A stretch of 61,650 nucleotides of DNA, taken from assembly GCA_035248585.1 (NCBI GenBank), contig DATFHJ010000254.1, positions 1-61,650 on the forward strand, given 5' to 3'. Source of the stretch: Thermoanaerobaculia bacterium. Its GTDB lineage: Bacteria; Acidobacteriota; Thermoanaerobaculia; Gp7-AA8. Below are positions 51,559-61,650 of this stretch, piece by piece. Position 1 is the first letter of the stretch, and every line of letters starts with the position of its first letter. The position numbers and the translations under genes were made by a program. The notes below the pieces were generated by a model. That model made no database searches, was not told the DNA's origin, and saw nothing but the letters and a program-made list of their open reading frames with translations.

Positions 51559-52362
51559 ATGAGCAGCATTACCGAAACCCCCGACGACAACATCGTCACG
51601 CGCATTCACGACCGCTACGAGCGCGCGATGATGTACGTCGGCGGGATCACGGACCTCGCGATGCAGACGATGCAGCAGATCGTGCGCGGGCCGATCGAGC
51701 GCTCGCTGCTGATGGCGCAGTTCGAACAGATCGGCGTCCGCTCGATCTCGATCGTCGTCATCACCTCCGCGTTCATCGGCATGGTGCTCGCGCTGCAGAC
51801 CGCATACGCGCTCGAAGATTTCGGCGGAAAGCTCTTCATCGGCAAAATCGTCTCGCTCTCGCTCGTCCGCGAGCTCGCGCCCGTGCTCATGTCGCTCATG
51901 GTCGGCGGCCGCGTCGGCGCCGGCATGACCGCGGAGATCGGGACGATGAAAGTCACCGAGCAGATCGACGCCCTGCGCGCGCTGGCGACGAATCCGATTC
52001 GCAAGCTGGTCGTCCCGCGCGTCCTCGCCACCACGATCATGTTCCCGCTGCTGACCATCGTCTCCATCGCCCTCGGCATCTTCGGCGGCCTGGTCATCGC
52101 GGTTCTGAGCCTGCACCTCAGCGCGAACTTCTACATCCGCAGCGTCGTCGAGACCGTCGCCTACAACGACCTCTCGTCCGGCATCGGCAAGACGTTTTTC
52201 TTCGGCTTCGCCATCGCGCTCGTTGGCTGCTACAACGGTCTCACCACCAGCGGCGGCGCCGACGGCGTGGGCCGGGCCACGACGCAGACCGTCGTCTCCG
52301 GCGCCATCACCGTTTTGATCATGGACTTCTTTCTCACTAAGCTTTTTCTCCTCATCTTCTGA
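51559..52362 (+). CDS. mlaE: MlaE-family ABC transporter permease
   Basis: LVRELAPVLMSLMVGGRVGAGMTAEIGTMKVTEQIDALRALATNPI is the MlaE signature region. Confidence 0.9.
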   Translation: MSSITETPDDNIVTRIHDRYERAMMYVGGITDLAMQTMQQIVRGPIERSLLMAQFEQIGVRSISIVVITSAFIGMVLALQTAYALEDFGGKLFIGKIVSLSLVRELAPVLMSLMVGGRVGAGMTAEIGTMKVTEQIDALRALATNPIRKLVVPRVLATTIMFPLLTIVSIALGIFGGLVIAVLSLHLSANFYIRSVVETVAYNDLSSGIGKTFFFGFAIALVGCYNGLTTSGGADGVGRATTQTVVSGAITVLIMDFFLTKLFLLIF

Positions 52363-53186
52363 TGACCGACACGTACGTTGCCGACCGCCGCGGGACCGAT
52401 CGCGGGCCTGACCGCCGCCGCCACTCGCGCGAGCCGTTCGTCGAGTTCGCCGAGGTCTGGAAAGCGTACGGTCCGAAGCAGGTCCTGCGCGGCGCGAGCC
52501 TGAAGGTGTACCGCGGCGAGGTGCTGGTGATCCTCGGCGGCTCCGGCACCGGGAAGTCGGTCACGCTGCGGCACATGCTCGGCCTCGAGCCGCCGGACCA
52601 GGGGCGCGTGATCGTCGAAGAGGAAGACGTGACCGATCTGCCGGAAGAAGAGCTCTATCGCGTGCGCAAGAAGTTCGGGATGCTCTTCCAGAGCGCGGCG
52701 CTGTTCGACTCGATGACCGTCTTCGAGAACGTCGCCTTTCCGCTGCGCGAGCACACCCAGATGAGCGAGGACGAGATCGCCCGCGCGGTGCGCGAGAAGC
52801 TCGAGCTCGTGAACCTGCCCGGCACCGAGCACCTGATGCCGGTCGATCTCTCCGGCGGCATGCGCAAGCGCGTCGGTCTCGCCCGCTCGATCATTCTCGA
52901 TCCGAAAGTGATTCTCTACGACGAGCCGACCACCGGCCTCGATCCCATCACCTCGCAGACGATCAACGAGCTGATCATCGATCTGCAGGCGAAGCTCAAC
53001 GTCACCTCCGTCGTCGTCACGCACGACATCCATTCGGCCTTTTCCGTCGGCGACCGCATCGCCTTTCTGAGCCAGGGCGTGTTCGAATGGGTGGGCAGCA
53101 TCAACGAGGCGCGTGACGCCGATCATCCGAAACTGCGTGAGTTTTTGAAGGCCAGCGCCGTCGTGGCGGCGCAGCCGACCAAGTGA
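52362..53186 (+). CDS. mlaF: MlaF-family ABC transporter ATP-binding protein
   Basis: ATGA overlap. GGSGTGKS Walker A, LSGGMRKRVGLAR signature, ILYDEPTTGLD Walker B. Confidence 0.9.
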   Translation: MTDTYVADRRGTDRGPDRRRHSREPFVEFAEVWKAYGPKQVLRGASLKVYRGEVLVILGGSGTGKSVTLRHMLGLEPPDQGRVIVEEEDVTDLPEEELYRVRKKFGMLFQSAALFDSMTVFENVAFPLREHTQMSEDEIARAVREKLELVNLPGTEHLMPVDLSGGMRKRVGLARSIILDPKVILYDEPTTGLDPITSQTINELIIDLQAKLNVTSVVVTHDIHSAFSVGDRIAFLSQGVFEWVGSINEARDADHPKLREFLKASAVVAAQPTK

Positions 53187-53189
53187 GTT

Positions 53190-54443
53190 ATGGCCAAAAC
53201 TGCAAGAGAACGATCGATTCGCGTCGGCCTGCTGGTCGCCGTCGCGCTCACGGTGCTGATGGTGTTCGTCTTTTTCATCGGCAGCGAGCAGAAAATCTTC
53301 GCCCGCAAGAACGAGTACGAAGTGCGGCTGGAGAACGTGACCGGGCTGGCCGAGGGCAACCCGGTCAAGATGTCGGGCGTCACCATCGGCGTCATCCGCG
53401 ACATCAAGCTGCCGCAGGACCCGAAAGAGCGGATGGTTGAGATCCTGCTGATGATCGACCGCAAGTTCGCCGAGCGCGTGCGCGGCGATTCGCGCGTCCG
53501 CCTCAAGAAGCTCGGCCTCCTCACCGGCGACAGTTTCATCGACGTCACGCCCGGAACGCCGCGCTTCCCGCCGCTCGAGCCGGGCTCGATCATCCCGTCG
53601 CAGCGCCAGACCGACGTCGAGCAGCTCCTCTCCTCGGGTGAGGACCTCGTCGACAACTTCGTGCAGATCTCCTATTCGCTGAAGAACATCCTCGCCCGCA
53701 TCGACCGCGGCGAAGGCCTCATCGGCGAGCTGACCACCGCGCCGGAGACGAAGCAGCGCATCACCGACACCGTGCTCACGACGCTGAACAAGACCAACGC
53801 CGCGCTCGCGCACATGGAGAGCGGCAAGGGCGTGCTCGGGAAGTTGATCTACGACGATACGTACGCCGAAAGCCTGACCGCGTCGCTCGGCAGCGCGGCG
53901 ACGTCGCTGCAAACGATCACCAGCGGCGTGCAGAAGAGCTTCGAGACCGGCGAGGGTGCGCTGCCGGCGCTGCTCAGCGACGTCGAGACGAAGAAGAAGG
54001 TGACGGAGCTCGTGGAGAACCTCCGCGCCACCTCGAACAACCTCGCCACCTTCACCGCGACCGCGCAGAAGGGAGAGGGGCTCGTCCCGCGCCTGCTCAA
54101 TGACAAGGCGTACGCCGATCAGGCGCTGAACGAATTCGGCGGCCTCGTGAGGCAGCTCAACGAAGTCGTCACGAAGATCAACACCGGCCAGGGCACGGCC
54201 GGCAAGCTGATCACCGATCCCGCGCTGTTCGAGTCCGTCAACGACATCCTCATCGGCATCAACGAATCGAAGCTGCTGCGCTGGCTGATCCGCAATCGCC
54301 AGCAGTCGGGCATCGACAAGCGCTACAACGAAGCGCAGAAGGTGCCGGCGGCGCAGGCGCCGCCGCCCGAGGTGCCGCCGCCTCCGCCGGTGACGGATAC
54401 GACAGATACGACGGCAACGACGGATACGCAACCACCCCCATAA
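53190..54443 (+). CDS. MlaD/MCE-domain protein with long helical C-terminus and Pro/Thr/Asp-rich tail
   Basis: N-terminal TM, MCE core VTGLAEGNPVKMSGVTIGVIRDI, C-terminus PPPEVPPPPPVTDTTDTTATTDTQPPP. Confidence 0.85.
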   Translation: MAKTARERSIRVGLLVAVALTVLMVFVFFIGSEQKIFARKNEYEVRLENVTGLAEGNPVKMSGVTIGVIRDIKLPQDPKERMVEILLMIDRKFAERVRGDSRVRLKKLGLLTGDSFIDVTPGTPRFPPLEPGSIIPSQRQTDVEQLLSSGEDLVDNFVQISYSLKNILARIDRGEGLIGELTTAPETKQRITDTVLTTLNKTNAALAHMESGKGVLGKLIYDDTYAESLTASLGSAATSLQTITSGVQKSFETGEGALPALLSDVETKKKVTELVENLRATSNNLATFTATAQKGEGLVPRLLNDKAYADQALNEFGGLVRQLNEVVTKINTGQGTAGKLITDPALFESVNDILIGINESKLLRWLIRNRQQSGIDKRYNEAQKVPAAQAPPPEVPPPPPVTDTTDTTATTDTQPPP

Positions 54444-54504
54444 GTGGAGCGGCGGGCTTTAGCCCGCCGAATCGTCCTCGGCGGGCTAAAGCCCGCCGCT
54501 CCAC
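54444..54504. repeat. Family-1 double-hairpin palindromic element, copy G
   Basis: GTGGAGCGGCGGGCTTTAGCCCGCCGAATCGTCCTCGGCGGGCTAAAGCCCGCCGCTCCAC. Begins at the base after the MCE-gene stop, 19 nt before the ugd start. Confidence 0.9.
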
Positions 54505-54523
54505 TATAGAATGCGCGCCGCTT

Positions 54524-55831
54524 ATGGATATCTCTGTCATTGGAACCGGATACGTCGGGCTCGTCACCGGCGCCGGCCTCGCTGACTTCGGCAACGACGT
54601 CATCTGCGTCGACGTCGACGTCCGGAAAATCGAAGCGCTGAAAAACGGCGAGATCCCCATCTACGAGCCGGGGCTCGAGACCCTCGTCAGCAAGAACGTG
54701 AACGAAGGGCGCCTTCGCTTCACGACCAACCTCGAGGAAGCCATCCGCTCCGCGCGCGCGATCTTCATCGCCGTCGGCACGCCGCCGAAGCCGGACGGCT
54801 CGGCCGACCTGCGCTACGTCGAAGAGGTCGCGCACTCGATCGCCAAGCACATGAACGGGCCGAAGCTCGTGATCACCAAATCGACGGTTCCGATCGGCAC
54901 CGGCCGGCTGATCGAGCGCATCATCGGCGAGCACGGACCCGGCCACAAAGTCTCGGTCGTCTCGAACCCCGAGTTCCTGCGCGAAGGCTCCGCGATCGAA
55001 GACTTCATGAAGCCCGACCGCGTCGTCATCGGCGCCTCCGACCCCGAGGCCGCGGACATGATGAAGGAGATCTACGCGCCGTTGCATTCGCTGGAGATCC
55101 CGTTCGTCGTCACGAACGTCGAGTCGTCGGAGCTGATCAAGTACGCGTCGAACGGTTTCCTCGCGGTGAAGATCACGTTCATCAACGAGATCGCGGTCGT
55201 GTGCGAGCGCGTCGGCGCGAACGTGCAGGACGTGGCCCTGGGCATGGGTCTCGACTCGCGCATCGGTCCGAAGTTCCTGCAGGCCGGCCCCGGTTTCGGC
55301 GGCTCCTGTTTCCCGAAAGACACGTCGGCCATGGCCGACATCTCGAAACGCCACGGCTACGAGTTCGAGATCATGGAGGCCGTGCTGCGCGTCAACGACG
55401 CCGTAAAGCTGCGGATGATCGACAAGATCGCCGAGGCCTGCGGCGGCGATGTGAAGGGCAAAGTCATCGCCATCCTCGGTCTCGCGTTCAAGCCGGAGAC
55501 CGACGACATGCGCGACTCGCCGACCATCCCGATCATCAAGGGTCTGCAAAGCCGCGGTGCGACCGTGCGCGCGTATGACCCGCAGGGGATGGAGAACGCG
55601 AAGTCGATCTTCAGCGACGTCACCTACTGCGCGGATGCCTATTCGACCGCGGAAGGAGCCGACGCGCTGGTGCTCGCCACCGAGTGGAACGAGTTCCGCG
55701 CGCTGAACTTCGACCGCATCCGCAAGGCGCTCAGCAGCCCCGTGCTCGTCGACCTCCGCAACGTCTACGAGCCCCACCGCATGCGCGCGCACGGCTTCAA
55801 CTACACGTCGGTCGGCCGGGCGGAAAACTGA
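54524..55831 (+). CDS. ugd: UDP-glucose 6-dehydrogenase
   Basis: [34 protein letters not shown] (catalytic Cys), [13 protein letters not shown]. Confidence 0.93.
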   Translation: MDISVIGTGYVGLVTGAGLADFGNDVICVDVDVRKIEALKNGEIPIYEPGLETLVSKNVNEGRLRFTTNLEEAIRSARAIFIAVGTPPKPDGSADLRYVEEVAHSIAKHMNGPKLVITKSTVPIGTGRLIERIIGEHGPGHKVSVVSNPEFLREGSAIEDFMKPDRVVIGASDPEAADMMKEIYAPLHSLEIPFVVTNVESSELIKYASNGFLAVKITFINEIAVVCERVGANVQDVALGMGLDSRIGPKFLQAGPGFGGSCFPKDTSAMADISKRHGYEFEIMEAVLRVNDAVKLRMIDKIAEACGGDVKGKVIAILGLAFKPETDDMRDSPTIPIIKGLQSRGATVRAYDPQGMENAKSIFSDVTYCADAYSTAEGADALVLATEWNEFRALNFDRIRKALSSPVLVDLRNVYEPHRMRAHGFNYTSVGRAEN

Positions 55832-56766
55832 TGGGTCGCGCCCTCATCACCGGCGGCGCCGGATTCCTCGGCTCCCACCTCTGCGAGCTCTTTCTCGACC
55901 GCGGGCACGAAGTCGTGTGCATGGACAACTTCATCACCGGCAGCTCCGCGAACGTCGCTCATCTCTTCGGCCGCGACGGCTTCCTGTTCGTGAAGCACGA
56001 CGTCACGAATTACATCCACATCGACGGCCCGCTCGACTACGTCCTGCACTTCGCGTCGCCCGCGAGTCCGATCGACTACCTCGAGAAGCCGATTCAGACA
56101 CTTAAGGTCGGCTCCCTCGGCACGCACAAGACGTTAGGCGTGGCGAAGGACAAGAAAGCGCGGTATCTCATCGCCTCGACCTCCGAGGTGTACGGCGACC
56201 CGCTCGTGCATCCGCAGAAAGAAGACTACTGGGGCAACGTGAACCCGGTCGGCCCGCGCGGCGTGTACGACGAAGCGAAACGATTCGCCGAAGCGATGAC
56301 CATGGCCTACCACCGCTTCCACGGCGTCGAAACGCGCATCGTGCGCATCTTCAACACCTACGGCGAGCGCATGCGCGTCAACGACGGCCGCGTCGTCCCC
56401 GCGTTCATCTCGCAAGCCCTGCGCAATGAGCCCCTGACCGTCTTCGGCGACGGGAACCAGACCCGCTCCTTCTGCTACGTCTCCGATCTCATCGAAGGCA
56501 TCTATCGATTGCTGATGTCGAACGAAGTCCAGCCCACGAACATCGGCAACCCCTCGGAGATGACCGTCCTCCAGTTCGCCGAAGTGATCAAGAAGTTGAC
56601 CGGCAGCTCCGCCCCCATCGAGCACCGTCCCCTCCCCGAAGACGACCCCAAGATCCGCAAGCCCGACATCGCCAAGGCGAAACGCCTGCTGGATTGGGAG
56701 CCGCGCGTGCCGTTGGAGGAGGGGTTGGAGAAGACGATCGCGTATTTCCGGACGGTGGTGGGGTAG
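55831..56766 (+). CDS. UDP-glucuronate decarboxylase (UDP-xylose synthase, SDR family)
   Basis: TGATG junction with ugd. [25 protein letters not shown] (YxxxK), NIGNPSE. Confidence 0.92.
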   Translation: MGRALITGGAGFLGSHLCELFLDRGHEVVCMDNFITGSSANVAHLFGRDGFLFVKHDVTNYIHIDGPLDYVLHFASPASPIDYLEKPIQTLKVGSLGTHKTLGVAKDKKARYLIASTSEVYGDPLVHPQKEDYWGNVNPVGPRGVYDEAKRFAEAMTMAYHRFHGVETRIVRIFNTYGERMRVNDGRVVPAFISQALRNEPLTVFGDGNQTRSFCYVSDLIEGIYRLLMSNEVQPTNIGNPSEMTVLQFAEVIKKLTGSSAPIEHRPLPEDDPKIRKPDIAKAKRLLDWEPRVPLEEGLEKTIAYFRTVVG

Positions 56767-56772
56767 GCACGT

Positions 56773-57762
56773 TCAGCGTTTGCGGATCGCGGCGCGGGTG
56801 ATGGTGATAGGTCGCGTGGGCTGCCCCAGCGGATTCACAGGACGTGCGGCGATGGTGTCGACGACTTCGATCCCCGCGATCACGCGCCCGAAGGCCGTGT
56901 GCGTTGTTCGATCCCAATCGACACGCTCGCGGGTAATCACGAATCTTGTGTCGCAGTCCGTGTTCAGCGGGAAATCCTGAACGCCAATGACCGCACCGCG
57001 GTCGAAGGCAAGATCATTCGGCTCCTGCTGGAGAGCGGCGCTGCAACGAAAGCCGGCCCAGATTCCCGCCCGGCTGGCGAAGTAGATCGGCGCGTCATTG
57101 AAGCCGCCTGCCCGCACGATCTTCTGGAAGTTCGCCACGTGATGCAATGCAGCGTTCGGATCGAGCTCGATCGTGATGATCCCGTCAGGAGTTTCCAGGT
57201 CAACGATCGTCGCCGACACATCGACCTTATCGCTCCACACAAGAACGTCCTCGTAACCCCGTGCCGGTGTCTTCGGCAGAGCAAGGCCGATCGCCAGTGC
57301 GATCAACAGCGCCGCGACGACGCTCGCCAAGATCCACCGCCAGCGCCACCGCTTTTGCTTTGGTTTGGGTTGCACCGCCGCCGGCGCGCCGATCATCGCC
57401 TCGATCGATTCGAGGCAATGACCCAGCTCCGCGCTCGTCCATCGAAACAAATCCACGGATTGCAGGTGACGGAAACCGAGTGGTACACGCACATCTTCGA
57501 GACGGACCGGAACGAGAACGTGCCGCCGCGCGCCTTCTCCTGCCTCATTGCGTACCCATTCCGAGGAAAGAGCGGACTCGCTCCAAAGCACCACCACGCA
57601 TGACGCCGCCTCGATCTCTCGTTCAATCGTGTTGTCCCATGCCTTGCCGGCCGGAATCCGGCGATCCCACCACACGGACCACCCGCGACCCCCGATCGCC
57701 TCCGTAAGTCTCCTTGCAGACTCGCGATCTTCCCGCGCGTAGCTGAGAAACACATCGGCCAT
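56773..57762 (-). CDS. TIR domain - transmembrane helix - cyclophilin-like domain fusion protein
   Basis: Residues 2-125 DVFLSYAREDRESARRLTEAIGGRGWSVWWDRRIPAGKAWDNTIEREIEAASCVVVLWSESALSSEWVRNEAGEG...VPVRL are TIR_2-like. KQKRWRWRW then ILASVVAALLIALAIGLAL gives a TM helix (~153-172). The C-terminus GIITIELDPNAALHHVANFQKIV...DTRFVITRERVDWDRTTHTAFGRVIAGIEVVDTIA is cyclophilin-type. Confidence 0.8.
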   Translation of the reverse strand: MADVFLSYAREDRESARRLTEAIGGRGWSVWWDRRIPAGKAWDNTIEREIEAASCVVVLWSESALSSEWVRNEAGEGARRHVLVPVRLEDVRVPLGFRHLQSVDLFRWTSAELGHCLESIEAMIGAPAAVQPKPKQKRWRWRWILASVVAALLIALAIGLALPKTPARGYEDVLVWSDKVDVSATIVDLETPDGIITIELDPNAALHHVANFQKIVRAGGFNDAPIYFASRAGIWAGFRCSAALQQEPNDLAFDRGAVIGVQDFPLNTDCDTRFVITRERVDWDRTTHTAFGRVIAGIEVVDTIAARPVNPLGQPTRPITITRAAIRKR

Positions 57763-57820
57763 CTTCGGTGCAAGAACCCGAAGCTAAGGTTACCAGCGTC
57801 GTACTCCGCAATCCCGCCAC

Positions 57821-59449
57821 CTACTTCCGCCCGGTCGCCGCACGCCAGTCCATCAGCATCGCCACCCAATCGCCCGCCGCCTCGCGGTTCAACTGCCCGT
57901 CCGGATACGCGCGCGCCAGCATCTCGGCGCGGTGCGCGCGGAGCCAGGGCAGGGCTTGGTCGAGATACGGCTGCCATTTCGGCTGATCCGGCACCGGCTC
58001 GTACCGCTCCTCGACGATCCGGCCGTCGTGCACGCGGAACGTTCGCACGGCAGTCCAGCCGGGAAAGTCCAGCAGCCGCGCAAAGTCGTTCGTTTCGTGC
58101 GCGCGGACGATCGCCGTGTCGTCGCGCACGTTCATCGTCTCGATGCGGTGGGTGGGATGCAGCGCGAAATCCCACCGCAGCATGGCGGAGGCGGTTTTCC
58201 TGAATTCGCCACTGAGATGCGCGAGTGCGTCCTCGCGCGTCGGCGAGGCGAGGTACGAGCGGACGACGAACTCCGGCGACGGCGGCGCGTACCGCGGCTC
58301 GATCGTCGTTTTCGGCAGCGCGGCGAGGATCGCGACCGTGCGCTCCAACTCCGGCGTCATCGTGCCGTAGCACGCGACGAAAAGGCGGCCGCGGTTGGTG
58401 TCGAGCGAAGATTCGATCGCGAGAATCTCCGCCGCCAGTTCGCGAACGGCGGTGCGGAGCGCGGCGAGATCCACGATCCATTGATCATTCTCGAATCGCA
58501 GCGCGCCGCGCTCGACCCCGAACGTCACGAGCATCGCCGATGCCGTCTTGTGCGGCGGCGGCGCCTTTCCGGTTGCGGCCTCATGCAGCGTATCGAACGT
58601 GACGGCGAGCAGCGTCGCCAGGTCTTCGTCCGATGCGCCGTTGGCCATCGCGCAAAGCACGTCCGCCTTCGCGATGCGCAGCGCGTTCTTGTCGCTGCCG
58701 AAACCACCAAGTTGCTCGGGGGTGAGGTTCGGACCGGCGTCGTACATCGGCGGGCGGGTCGCGTACCAGAGCAGGAACGCATTCGCCTTCACGAGATGCG
58801 CAACCGGCGGGATCAGCGCTTCCGCGGCCGGAAGCACGCGCGTCGTGAACCAGCCCGCGGGCAGCAGGTTGTCGTACACGATCCACGTGCGGCCCACCTT
58901 CGCGTTCAGCGATGCGTCGAATGGCAGATACGTCGCCGGCCCACTCGATCCGGCGGCCTTTCCGGCGCGGAACTGCAGCGTGGCGATGCGCGAGCGCTCT
59001 TCCGGGATCACGGGATCAGTCCATTGCGGCTGAAAACCGGGAAGCATGTGCTCGAACGAAGGGATGTCCGGAAGGCGCGTGCGCGACGGAATCGCCACCA
59101 CGATATCGGCGAGCAATCCGTCGAGAATGCGCACCATCACGTACACCGGCGCGCCCATCGTCTCGCGGAACGTCCGCTCCAGCGTCTCCTCCGACCCGGC
59201 GTGTTGCAGCACATCCGCGGCAGCGTCGAGATACTTCGCCGTCGCCGGCAGAATCTCGCGCGCCGAGGATGCCGAGGCCCGAATCCAATCCGACGCCGGA
59301 ACGTCCTGCGCCGTGTGCAGTCGCGCGCCCGCCTCGAACGTCAGCAGCCACTCGCGCTGCTCGGATGTGAGCCGCGAGAGATCCGCCGTGACCTCGAACG
59401 GCTTCGCGAACAGCGGAAACGCCAGCAGCAGCACGACGATGAAGCGCAT
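57821..59449 (-). CDS. Secreted hypothetical protein (DPP-III/M49-like helical region without a visible HExxGH motif, plus NTF2/SnoaL-like C-terminus)
   Basis: Start MRFIVVLLLAFPLFA (signal). WIVDLAALRTAVRELAAEILAIES...YGTMTPEL resembles the C-terminal lobe of M49-like proteins. The last ~130 aa look NTF2-like. Tentative. Confidence 0.5.
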   Translation of the reverse strand: MRFIVVLLLAFPLFAKPFEVTADLSRLTSEQREWLLTFEAGARLHTAQDVPASDWIRASASSAREILPATAKYLDAAADVLQHAGSEETLERTFRETMGAPVYVMVRILDGLLADIVVAIPSRTRLPDIPSFEHMLPGFQPQWTDPVIPEERSRIATLQFRAGKAAGSSGPATYLPFDASLNAKVGRTWIVYDNLLPAGWFTTRVLPAAEALIPPVAHLVKANAFLLWYATRPPMYDAGPNLTPEQLGGFGSDKNALRIAKADVLCAMANGASDEDLATLLAVTFDTLHEAATGKAPPPHKTASAMLVTFGVERGALRFENDQWIVDLAALRTAVRELAAEILAIESSLDTNRGRLFVACYGTMTPELERTVAILAALPKTTIEPRYAPPSPEFVVRSYLASPTREDALAHLSGEFRKTASAMLRWDFALHPTHRIETMNVRDDTAIVRAHETNDFARLLDFPGWTAVRTFRVHDGRIVEERYEPVPDQPKWQPYLDQALPWLRAHRAEMLARAYPDGQLNREAAGDWVAMLMDWRAATGRK

Positions 59450-59590
59450 GCCGATGCGACGGAAAACCGCGCGACTTGGTTCCGCCCGCGAACACCGCCG
59501 TCCCATAATCGGACACTGCCGTTTCCGTAAGTTACTGAAAACCTGAGAGCACTCCCGTGGCAGCCCGCTTGCGGAAGGGCGCGGCCGGTC

Positions 59591-60844
59591 ATGGATATCT
59601 CACGTCCCGAATTAGGTGAAAAGCGCCGCCGCCGGCAGTACATCATCGGCGGCATCATCGTGTTGTTCGTCGCCCTCGCGGCGTTCGGCGTCTCGCGGAT
59701 GAAACCCGCGGTGCCGGAAGTCGACGGCTCCGGTCTCTTCATCGACGTCGTCAAGCGCGGCCCGATGGTGCGCCAGGTGCGCGGCACGGGCGTGCTCGTG
59801 CCGGAGAACGTGCGCTGGATTCCGGCGTCCACCGACGCGCGCGTCGAGCGCATCGTCGTGCGGCCCGGAACGCCGGTACATCCCGACACGGTCGTCCTCG
59901 AGCTCTCCAATCCCGAGGTCGAGCAGGCCGCGCGCGACGCGGAGCTGCAGCTCGGCGCCGCGATGGCGGAAATGCGCAAGCGCGAAGTCGAGCTCGAAAG
60001 CTCGATCCTCGCCCAACGCGCGAACGCCGCCGGCATCGACGCGCAACTCAGCGACGCCCGCGCGCAGGAAGCCGTCGACGAAGAACTGGCGCGCAACGGC
60101 CTAACGTCCGAGCTCACGCTGAAGCGCTCGAAGTCGCGCGCGGCGGAGCTGGCCGGGCGCAGCGAGATCGAAAAGAAGCGTCTCGAGATCGCGCGCAAGG
60201 CCGCCGACGCCGAGCTCGCGGTCGAGCGCTCGCGCGTCGAGCAGCTGCGCCAGCTCACCCAGCTGCGCCAATCGCATCGCGGCGCACTGCTGGTGCGCGC
60301 CGGCATCGAAGGCGTGCTGCAACAGCTGCCGGTCGAGATCGGCCAGCGCGTCGCCGCCGGCGCGCCGCTCGCGAAAGTGGCCCAGCCGCTGCCGCTGAAA
60401 GCCGAGCTGCGCGTCGCGGAAACGCAGGCCCGCGACGTCGCCATCGGACAGCTGGTCGTCATCGACACGCGCAACGGCATGGCCAACGGCCGCGTCTCGC
60501 GCGTCGACCCCGCCGTGCAGAACGGCACGATCGGCGTCGACGTGGCCATCGACGGCGAGCTGCCGCGCGGCGCGCGTCCCGACCTCACCGTCGACGGCGT
60601 CATCGAGATCGAGCGCCTCGCCGACGTCCTCTTCACCGGCCGTCCGGTGCAGGGGAGCGACGGCGCGACCATCTCGCTCTTCCGCGTCACGCCCGGCGGC
60701 GACGAGGCCACGCAAACGAATGTCAACCTCGGACGTACCTCAGTCAACAACGTCGAGATCCGCGGCGGCCTGAAGGAAGGGGATCGCGTGATCCTCTCCG
60801 ACATGTCGGCGTGGAGCGAGCACCAGCGAATCCGGCTCAAGTGA
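59591..60844 (+). CDS. HlyD/MacA-family efflux periplasmic adaptor
   Basis: N-terminal TM, beta-barrel/lipoyl segments flanking a long coiled coil (ELQLGAAMAEMRKREVELES...), C-terminal VEIRGGLKEGDRVIL. Confidence 0.8.
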   Translation: MDISRPELGEKRRRRQYIIGGIIVLFVALAAFGVSRMKPAVPEVDGSGLFIDVVKRGPMVRQVRGTGVLVPENVRWIPASTDARVERIVVRPGTPVHPDTVVLELSNPEVEQAARDAELQLGAAMAEMRKREVELESSILAQRANAAGIDAQLSDARAQEAVDEELARNGLTSELTLKRSKSRAAELAGRSEIEKKRLEIARKAADAELAVERSRVEQLRQLTQLRQSHRGALLVRAGIEGVLQQLPVEIGQRVAAGAPLAKVAQPLPLKAELRVAETQARDVAIGQLVVIDTRNGMANGRVSRVDPAVQNGTIGVDVAIDGELPRGARPDLTVDGVIEIERLADVLFTGRPVQGSDGATISLFRVTPGGDEATQTNVNLGRTSVNNVEIRGGLKEGDRVILSDMSAWSEHQRIRLK

Positions 60845-60854
60845 GGAAAGAAAA

Positions 60855-61583
<729 letters not shown>

Positions 61584-61595
61584 AGGACACGCGCG

Positions 61596-61650
61596 ATGAC
61601 GACGATCCGCTCGCTCCTTCGCGTCCCCGCCTTCACCGCCACCGTCATTA
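61596..61650 (+). CDS. FtsX/MacB-type ABC permease (5' fragment, runs off the window)
   Basis: ATG 61596. MTTIRSLLRVPAFTATVI resembles the conserved permease prefix of this family. Only 18 codons are visible. Confidence 0.45.
   Translation, partial: MTTIRSLLRVPAFTATVI

Overview
High-GC bacterial chromosomal window. Codon position 3 is strongly G/C-biased, so many long antisense ORFs in the track are shadow artefacts. All calls come from reading the translations and sequence by eye; no searches were run. I resolve about 65 protein genes, 2 tRNAs (Lys-CUU, Leu-UAG) and 12 small palindromic repeat elements. An orphan duplicated FtsX/MacB-type permease and the density of secreted peptidases suggest Acidobacteriota (inference only). 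Gene order: partial mutY; a bounded ~6.4-kb gas-vesicle locus (816-7191); S9 peptidase, M50 protease, secA, M23 peptidase, proC, dedA; a type-II FAS/PKS-like lipid locus (19517-28144); M28 peptidase; PilZ-like, long MinD/ParA-like ATPase and CRP; pgsA-like; the two tRNAs; tig-clpP-clpX-lon; engB; rho; S46 peptidase; ECF sigma; PBP1A; mlaEFD; ugd-uxs; a TIR protein; HlyD/MacB-type ABC genes. Four things deserve a second look. (1) The gvp locus has the minimal F,G,L,S,K,J,A set with no gvpN, gvpC or gvpO. It carries a tandem ArsA/Get3-family ATPase inside the operon, a third GvpF-like paralog and an antisense secreted gene. (2) A single-pass membrane protein fuses a cytoplasmic N-terminal TIR domain to an extracytoplasmic, motif-degenerate cyclophilin-like domain. 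(3) Two related families of double-hairpin palindromic repeats mostly abut stop codons. Three copies sit in frame inside genes (ArsA-like linker, KS loop, ECF sigma linker), as Rickettsia RPEs do. (4) A 91-bp hairpin-pair element sits exactly at the gvpG/ArsA-like junction, flanked by a 22-bp duplication that regenerates both gene ends. I also flag two probable frameshifts and one gene with no canonical start codon.
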